Below, piece after piece: positions 41,562 to 48,548 of a stretch of DNA of 48,548 bases. The position numbers and the translations under genes were made by a program. Within the stretch, counting starts at the first letter, position 1, and every line of letters starts with the position of its first letter. This stretch comes from Spirogloea muscicola (taxonomy: Eukaryota), in NCBI GenBank assembly GCA_009602725.1, contig WELB01000010.1:880965-929512 (forward strand). The letters run 5' to 3'. Under the pieces are notes generated by a model. The model was not told where the DNA came from. It searched no databases and saw only the letters and a list, made by a program, of their open reading frames with translations.

Positions 41562-44018
41562 CTACCGTGACCCTGACCATGTGCGTCGAACCTTCACATC
41601 AACAACTAAGTGCACTGTGCGTGCAAAGAGCGCCTGCAGATCGAGCCTGGCTCCCGTCCCAATTTGCCTGCAGCAAAGTCATTGTTAACACAAGTGTCAT
41701 AATATGCACATCCACTGTTTCTAGCAGAGCAAAAATGCGAGTTGAAGCTTCTCATTGAGATGCTTAGTTGCTCCAGGACAACTCGATTAGGCTGGGAGTT
41801 GCAAAATTGAAGACTGAGCTATTGTTGCGTCCAAACAAACCAATCAATTGAAAAGTGAAGCTTGTTGGGACAGCAGACCTTATATATGCAATGTAACAAC
41901 CAAGGCCAAAAGCATCGGAGATTCTTGAGAGAATATGGGCGCCTCACTTAGAGCAGAGGATCAGTTGGTACATCATTACTTCATTCTGGACCACTCACAG
42001 GGAGTCAAAGCAACCCCCTGCTGCGAGCATGGTCCCACCTTATGGTGGCGCCGTCCCTGCCCAGCACGATGGCGCGGTGGGCGGAGGAGTCAACAAGCAG
42101 CAACACAGTGACGCGGAGGGCTCCATCGTCCAATTCAGCCCACGAGACTAAGTCCAGCTCCACAACGTACGGCAGTTCCTGCACCATGTAGGTGCAAACA
42201 GCTTCCGTCAGGCGCACTCATGTCTGAAGATATCCATAACCAAAAGACGGTCCTTTTATAGACAAAAAGACCACACCAGAGCAGCCACTAATAGCAGCAT
42301 CGCACTTTTTAATCGAGCAGCAAGGACCTATGTATGTGCAGCGACTACCCCAACTTACAGCATGGAGGCGGTTGAAGACGTGCTCCCTGATTATCTCCAG
42401 AGCAATGGTCTGCGGAGGCTGGTCTGTTGAGAGCCTAGGGTCCTCTTGCCAGGGCCTCAGCACGGCCTGCAAGAGGCAGCTCCACTTCTTCGGAGAGTCA
42501 AGCCTGGCCAAGGTCATGGGGCCCGACGAGGTGCCCAGGCCTTTGGACAGAACCCCACATCTCTGGTCAGCATAACGCCCTCTTTGATTGAGGCAAGCTG
42601 TCAAACAGACCTTGCATCAAGTTGTCAGACAACCTTGTGGAAGTGTCTATCAGCAATCAAAGTAATATTCTGACGCAGGGCCAGCACGACCCTTGTGCTT
42701 GATGCACCGGAAATTCGTCTCTGAACCAAGACCGTGAGCCTCAACAGCTACTGTGAACCCAGCGGAGGGCGTGGAAGTGCGCACCAGTGACCGCAGATGC
42801 TCCACAAGGTCTCTAGTGCCCTTCCCTTTCAGACCGGAGATCATGAACACCCTGCGCAGAGCATTCACGGGTTGGCTGCACAATCAGAGTGAAGGTGAGA
42901 GTGAAGCTGGCGAGCTGGCTGCAGATAGCAACGGAGGTTGCGGGCGTGAGCGCAAGGCGCACCTGTCAAAGGCGTGGTAGTGCCCCAACTCCTCGGCAAG
43001 TGGGAGGAGCTTTCGCTTGTCTGGGACCAGGTCGATTTTGTTCAGCACCACGAGCCGTGCCTGGCCTACAAGCCGCTCAGAGCCGAGCCGTTCGAGCAGT
43101 CGCCGCACGCGGGGGTCGGGTCTGCGGTGCCGCTATGGCAAACGGACGGCAGGCCCTCAGCAAAGGCTCGTCCTTGAAGCGGTGTCAGCGTGCTCTCGAG
43201 CTAACAAAAGCCTGCCTGCTCCACTTGGAGCATCTCATTACTGCCGATTACTGCCAATTGCTGCCAATTACAGCAATGGAAAACTTTGCTTTCAGCAGGA
43301 TCGCAAAGCGCCCACAACACTCACCTCTCCAGTTGGCGCTGCACATCAACAAGGACAAGCATCGCTTCACTGTCCTCCGCGGCCCGCCAGGCGCGCGAGA
43401 CGCCTCGCCGCACGTCGCGGCTGAGCGGCTGGTGCAGGCCCGCCTCTTGGACCAGCCCCGGGGTGTCGTAGAACAGCTGCGCGAGCAACAGCCATAGTGG
43501 CAGCGGCCAAGTCAGGCGCCTGACAATGTGGGTCAGCAAGAGAGTGACGATGGCGGCGCGGCGGCGATGGAGGCGGCTGCAGCGAGGCATAACTATCTGG
43601 GTATCCCCGCGCGTGAGGATGCCCAGCGTCTCGACGCGTGTCGTGTTGGTCTTGCGCGAAACCGCTGACACTTTGGCGCCAACCTGCCATCCGCCGGTGC
43701 CGATATGGCCGTCGTCAGGACGCCGGCATGGCCCAAAGGCCGGCCCGGTGTGCGGCCCCTCCATGGACGCCGCAACAGGTGAGTGAAGTTGGGCTAGACC
43801 CAAACAGCAACACAATTAGCGTCGCTTATCACGAATATACTGTAGCTTAATGGTCTCATTCGACAGATTTATCTTAGAGCTGGGCACTGAGCGGCGGCAC
43901 CCCTCACCAGGTGGTTGACGAGCACGGACTTGCCAGCATTGGGCGCGCCGATGATGGCGGCCCGCAGGGATCGCTGCTGCTCCTGCGGCACACCCCAGCA
44001 CGCCTCCGCCGCCGCCAG

Positions 44019-44053
<35 letters not shown>

Positions 44054-44349
44054 GTCGCGAGCCTGCAGGGTGGCGTTGCTTGCCTTGGGCAAGCTGTGGC
44101 TGTGGAAGAAAGCGGCTGCTGATATGAAAGAATCGGCTGTGAAATGCCAGCCAGATGCATACAGGTGTTCCTGACGGAGCCAAAGGCTAGGCAGACAGGG
44201 CGCCCTCAAAAGGCTGTGAAGCGAAGAAAGCGGCTGCTGATGTCAAAAAAGCGGCTGTGAAAGCCAGCTCGGTGCCTACAGAGGGTGGTNCGCCGCCGCC
44301 GCCGCCGCCGCGGCCGCCGCGAGACTCACCGGGATTGTGAAGCCTCCAT
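41562..44349 (-). CDS. Era-like GTPase (organellar ribosome biogenesis), multi-exon; first exon tentative
   Basis: G1 IIGAPNAGKS; VG.KVSAVSRKTNTTR; G3 YDTPG; G4 VLNKID; FMISGLKGKG. KH region EIIREHVFNRLH.ELPY...AIVLGRDGATIR|QIG..AR.DL..LF...VHL...VK, with TAG at 41562-41564. Putative exon 1 is MEASQSR|GTGAGT at 44349. Confidence 0.92.
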
Positions 44350-44379
44350 GAATTCCTTAAACCCCGTAAACCCCCTTTC

Positions 44380-45040
44380 TCCGTGGCTGGCTTCTGGCTT
44401 CTGGCTTTCACAGCCAACTGCCTTGCATTGGAAGAGCTATTTCGTCTCTCATCTTTGCACTAGCTTTTGCCTGCGGTTCGCCTGAACAGTGTGTCGGCTT
44501 GAAATGGCCACCATCTTTGTCATGAGCACCGCGCGCCTTCCCCCCTTGCCGAGTCTTGTACTTGCTTAGGTTCGCCAGTAGACCAGAGTCCTTTCAAACT
44601 ACGCACCTTGCGAGTGGGGCACAACCAGCACCACCGCCCGTGATCGTTGGCCACCGCCATGGCTGCGGTCTCACGTCTGCCACCCTTCTTCCAACCACCG
44701 TCTGGCGCAGGCGTGTCGGTGCCTTCTCGCCTCTGGGCTTTGCCCCTCCCTGCCACTGCCCCTTGGGAAACCCTTGGGAAATCCCCTCGGGGTATCGGCA
44801 GAGTCACTCCGTTCCTTATGGGCTGGCCTTCACAGCCATCGCCCCCTTTGGCAGCTTCTTCATTTATTGCTGCTAGGCTTCCAACATGGAGGCAGGTCAC
44901 TAAGGCTTACTGAGTGACCGTCGGGTGTGAATACTTGTTCATTTGCCAAGTAGTCCGTGCTTTCTTGTTGGGGATTCCCTCTAGCCGTGTCCTTGTCTTT
45001 AGGCTGGCCTTTTGCAACCACCGCCTCTTTCATGGAGAGG
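44380..45040 (+). mobile_element. Cluster of CRE-like 3'-UTR modules
   Basis: CTGGCTTTCACAGCC...TTGGAAGAGC (about 44401-44438); module B (44481-44545); GGGCTGGCCTTCACAGCC (about 44820); TKAY*-GTGACCGTC...ATACTTG...GGCTGGCC (44899-45040), which parallels the minus copy at 5075-5200. Confidence 0.75.
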
Positions 45041-45079
45041 CAATCCATCTTGGCAGGCGATCACCCTTGTCAGTCAGAA

Positions 45080-45560
45080 CTGTGGCTCCTGCTTCCTGCT
45101 TGTCTCAAGATACCGAGGCGTGACGTAAGAGTGGCCATGCATACTCCTGCAGCGTTCCAGTGACAGACTCCTTCCATGCAACGCCACAGGACCCCAGCAC
45201 ACTCTGCACGAGGCAGCAAGCTGAGCCTGCATTGACAGAGTTGGGCAGACTTGGCCGCTTCGTGGCCCTCGTCCTCTCTTCCACACACTACACAGCCCAC
45301 TTCAACACACACCAATGGTGCAGTGGGTTTCCCAAGGTGCATGCTGACCCACACTTGCTGGCTGGCCCTCCCTGCCGCAAGCAACTGTCACACAGCGCCT
45401 GCGGCCGGTGGAAACCGCTGCACATCAAGGTGCAAGTGATACTTCTACAGACTTGCGTACGCCGCAACCCAATCCCACTTGCTGCCGCCAGCAAGGAGGC
45501 CAGCACTATGTCTAGTTGCTCAGATGAATGTCCAACGGGCTCCTCAGTACATCTCCGTCT
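45080..45560 (-). mobile_element. Possible decayed RT-thumb to knuckle region of a CRE-like element
   Basis: LASLLAAASGIGLRR (cf. A.LP...GGLGLR), SLLPRAECAGVLW (cf. GAGAWL) and ATLTSRLGI, in the expected order. Confidence 0.35.
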
Positions 45561-45778
45561 ATCAAGGTGCCTATCATTGCTGGCAACACTGCACTCGGAA
45601 ACCCTTTAGTGGGCCGCCTGTCGAGCCATTGACATCGGCGCTCCTTTGCGGACACACAACAAGTGCGCCACCTTAGCGGAGCGTCCGGTCAAAGGCTCGA
45701 CAGCACCACATGCTATGACAGCAATTCGCAATTGCCGCCATTGCCGCAGCCGCCGCCGCTGCCACCAATGTCGCCTCA

Positions 45779-46635
45779 CTACTCTCGGTAACCCTTGTAG
45801 TCATGACCGCCAGGGTCTCCAGGCGGCTGCTGACGGAGGCCGATGGATGGTGGCGGGGGCGGTGGCTGCTGTCCCTGCTGCTGCTGCTGCCGAAGTGGCG
45901 GCGGTGACTGCGGCTGCACCTGCCCCTGCTGCGGTGGCTGCTGCTGGGACTGCTGTGGTGGCGGTGCAGGCCCCGGCTGCGGGGGTGGTGGCGGTGGCGG
46001 CGACGGCAGCGGCTGAGGCGGCGGCGGGAAGTGCAGCGCTCCTGGGTCAATCTGCCGCAGCAGGTCCTGCAGGCCAGTACCACGAAATAGCATCTGTGCG
46101 GCCGCCGCTGATGGTGCTGCGTGCTGCGTCGGCAGCGAAGCAGGTGGCGGCGGCGGCGGCTGCAGCTGCAGGTAGCCCTCCAGACCTGGCGGCGCAGCCG
46201 CCGAGGCCCGGTCGCGCTCGACGGAAGTAGCAGAGCTTGGCGACTGCAGCGTGACGAGCTGCGGTAAGCGCTGCGCGCCAGGCAACGTGACGTTGAGCCT
46301 GGCAACCTCGCCCAGCGGCGCCATTGCAGCTGCCGCGCCGCTATTGCCATGCCGGTTGCCACCGCCGCCGCTGCCGCCGCCGCCGAGGGGCGACGCTGGC
46401 GGGAACGGTGGGCTGCTGGCACCTCCGCGCTGCACGCTGAGCGCAGTGTTCATTGGCACCAGCGGGCCCCATGCGAGGTCGTACAGTCCCAGTCCCAGCG
46501 GAGCCCCGGCCGCGCCGCGATGCTGCTGCTCTACTGCAACGACCCCGCCTGAACCATTGCCGCCGCCGCCGCCGCCGCCGCCACCGCCGCCGCCGCCTGG
46601 CCGGCCTTCCAGAAGGACTGGCAGCGGTGGCAGCA

Positions 46636-46666
<31 letters not shown>

Positions 46667-48256
46667 CATCTGTGCTTGCTGAGCCTGCTGCGCCTGCTGC
46701 GTGTAAAGCTGCTGCTGCATTTGGTGCTGGAACAGCTGCGCCTGCAGGATCGCCTGCCCAGACGAAGATAACAATGCAGCTGTAGTCAGACTTCAGGTCG
46801 CCGACAAGCATATGCAAGCTGCGGCACAGCAATAGCCGGGGCTGCCAGCGCCGGTGACATTTCACCTGGATGGTGGCCTGCCGCTGCGAGTCAAGGCCCT
46901 CGCCGACCTGCATCGGCACTGACAGCATGCCCCCGCCGAGAGGTACCGACCGTGGCATTGGCAGCGGCGGGGGCGGTTGTGCCATGAGGTGCATCATCGA
47001 GAGCCCGTTGTCCCCACCACCGCCGCCACCAGTACCGCCGGCGCCAGGCGACTGGAACGTCAGCGGCGGCAGCTGCTGCTGAAAGTGGTGCGGCTGCGGC
47101 GCCAGCGGCGGCGGCGGCGGCGGCGGAAGTTGCAACTGCTGCTGGGGGGGGGACTCAAGTGCCTGGCGCAGGCGCAAGATCTCGGCTGCCATGAGGTCGT
47201 GCTTGCGCTGCCGGATGCGTCGCACCGACCCCTCCAGCGCGCTCTCCAGCTCTGCGCCAGCTGGGTGCACGTGCTTGAGCACATGGGAGGAGGGAGGAAG
47301 GAAGCAGAGAAAAGAAGAAGGGATTGGGCTGCAGAAATCAAGACAAGAGAAGAGCAGAGAAGGGAGAGGGAGGAGGGAGGCCGGGAGGAGGAAGGGGGGA
47401 GGAGGGACAGGGGCCCTGCCGGCGCTGCCACACCGTCCAGGTCAGAGACTGGGAGGCCGCCGAGCTCCTCGCCGGCCATGCGGAGGAGCTGCCGACGATG
47501 GCTCTCCACCTCGTGCTGCAGCCGCTTGACCTGCTTGTTGAGCATGTCGCTAACGCCGCCGCCGCCGCCGCCGCCATGGCCGCCAAGTCATCGCTCCTGC
47601 GTCAGTACCGGGCCACCGGCACCGCTCTTCTAGCAGCAATTCTGCAGCTGCAAAAGCGGGAGCAGGGCGCCTCACGTGTTGTCGAGCTTGCGCTTGGCAT
47701 CGCCGCTGGCTGCAGCCTGAGCGCCCTGTGATGACGAGCCCGGCGCAGCCTGCACGGGATCCTGCTGCTGCGCCGCAGACCGGGCCAGCATGTCCTGCAG
47801 GCGAGGGGCCGCCGCAGTGGCACTGGCTCACGCGCCCTGCTTGCTGGCCCGCTCGCTCGAATGCCCAGCAGCAGCACATGGATGCCGCAGGCGCTGCTCG
47901 ACTGCGCGGCGGCGCAAGGAAAGGGGGACTCACGGGCATGGAGCAGCTGCAGAACTCGACGTACTTGCCGGTCGGCGAGAAGAGGATGACGGCGACGTCG
48001 CAGCCGCAGAGCACCGAGAGCTCGCTCGCCTTCTTGATGAGGCCATTGCGCCGCTTGCTGAACGTGATCTGCGGCCCGACAACCCAATGGCGGCAGCGGC
48101 GGCGGCGCGGCGACGGCGGCTCAGTAGGACGCGAGGGCCTGCCGCTGCCCCACGGCAGCACCAGCCGGCGCGGCAGGAGAGAAGGGAGGGGCGGCGGCGT
48201 GCCTGCCGGTGTGTCGCGTCCTCGATGAGCTTGATCTCAATCTTCCGCCGGCCCAT
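45779..48256 (-). CDS. MIKC-type (type II, MEF2-like) MADS-box transcription factor with a long Q/P/G-rich C-terminus
   Basis: [69 protein letters not shown]...|[51 protein letters not shown] (K-box)|...poly-Q. Exons about 48256-48203, 48068-47934, 47794-47676, 47549-47435, 47261-46867 and 46755-45779. Confidence 0.93.
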
Positions 48257-48548
48257 GTCCCAGCCGAGGCTGCACAAGGGGAGGCGAGTGAGCGGCGGCC
48301 GCGGCAGAGGCGGCCGGCATGGCCGCAGCGGCGCCACGCCGGCTGCGGGCGACGGCGGGCCGTGTGGTCCGTGGTCGGGGTGATGGTGAAGACGGATGCG
48401 GCTGCTGACATTCAAGAGGAGAGGCTGCGGAAGCAAGCCAGAGGGCGTTCCCGACGAGGCGCGGGCTGGGGCTCTCGCTCACCGTGCTCATGCCGCGCGA
48501 GCGCGCCGGCGGCGACGGCGGCGGCGGCGGCGACGGCGGCGGCGGCGG

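Noticed and set aside
45646..48383. Multiple long overlapping ORFs around the MADS gene
   Set aside because: Explained by stop-poor GCC/CAG repeats; only the MIKC frame has recognisable domains.

Overview
GC-rich, intron-containing eukaryotic DNA. The plant-type genes plus a MIKC-type MADS-box gene suggest a streptophyte green alga (inference). Recognisable spliced genes: SufE1 (SufE-BolA), RPL3, a CAD-like Zn alcohol dehydrogenase, a mitochondrial carrier, a 3-RRM CELF/Bruno-like protein, a TLC-domain protein, SnRK1-alpha, BRF1, a TMEM214/DUF2359 protein, an Era GTPase and a MIKC MADS-box factor. Several 5' ends are lost at N gaps next to (GCC)n tracts. The most notable unannotated signal is that most intergenic spaces hold nested, decayed pieces of a CRE-clade-like, restriction-like-endonuclease (RLE) non-LTR retrotransposon family. 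The pieces include N-terminal C2HC fingers, RT motifs, a Zn-knuckle/RLE region, a C-terminus ending SDL.LL.RGY*, and roughly 20 copies of 3'-UTR modules, most with a conserved GGCTG-loop-CAGCC hairpin. All family assignments come from motif recognition by eye; no searches were run.
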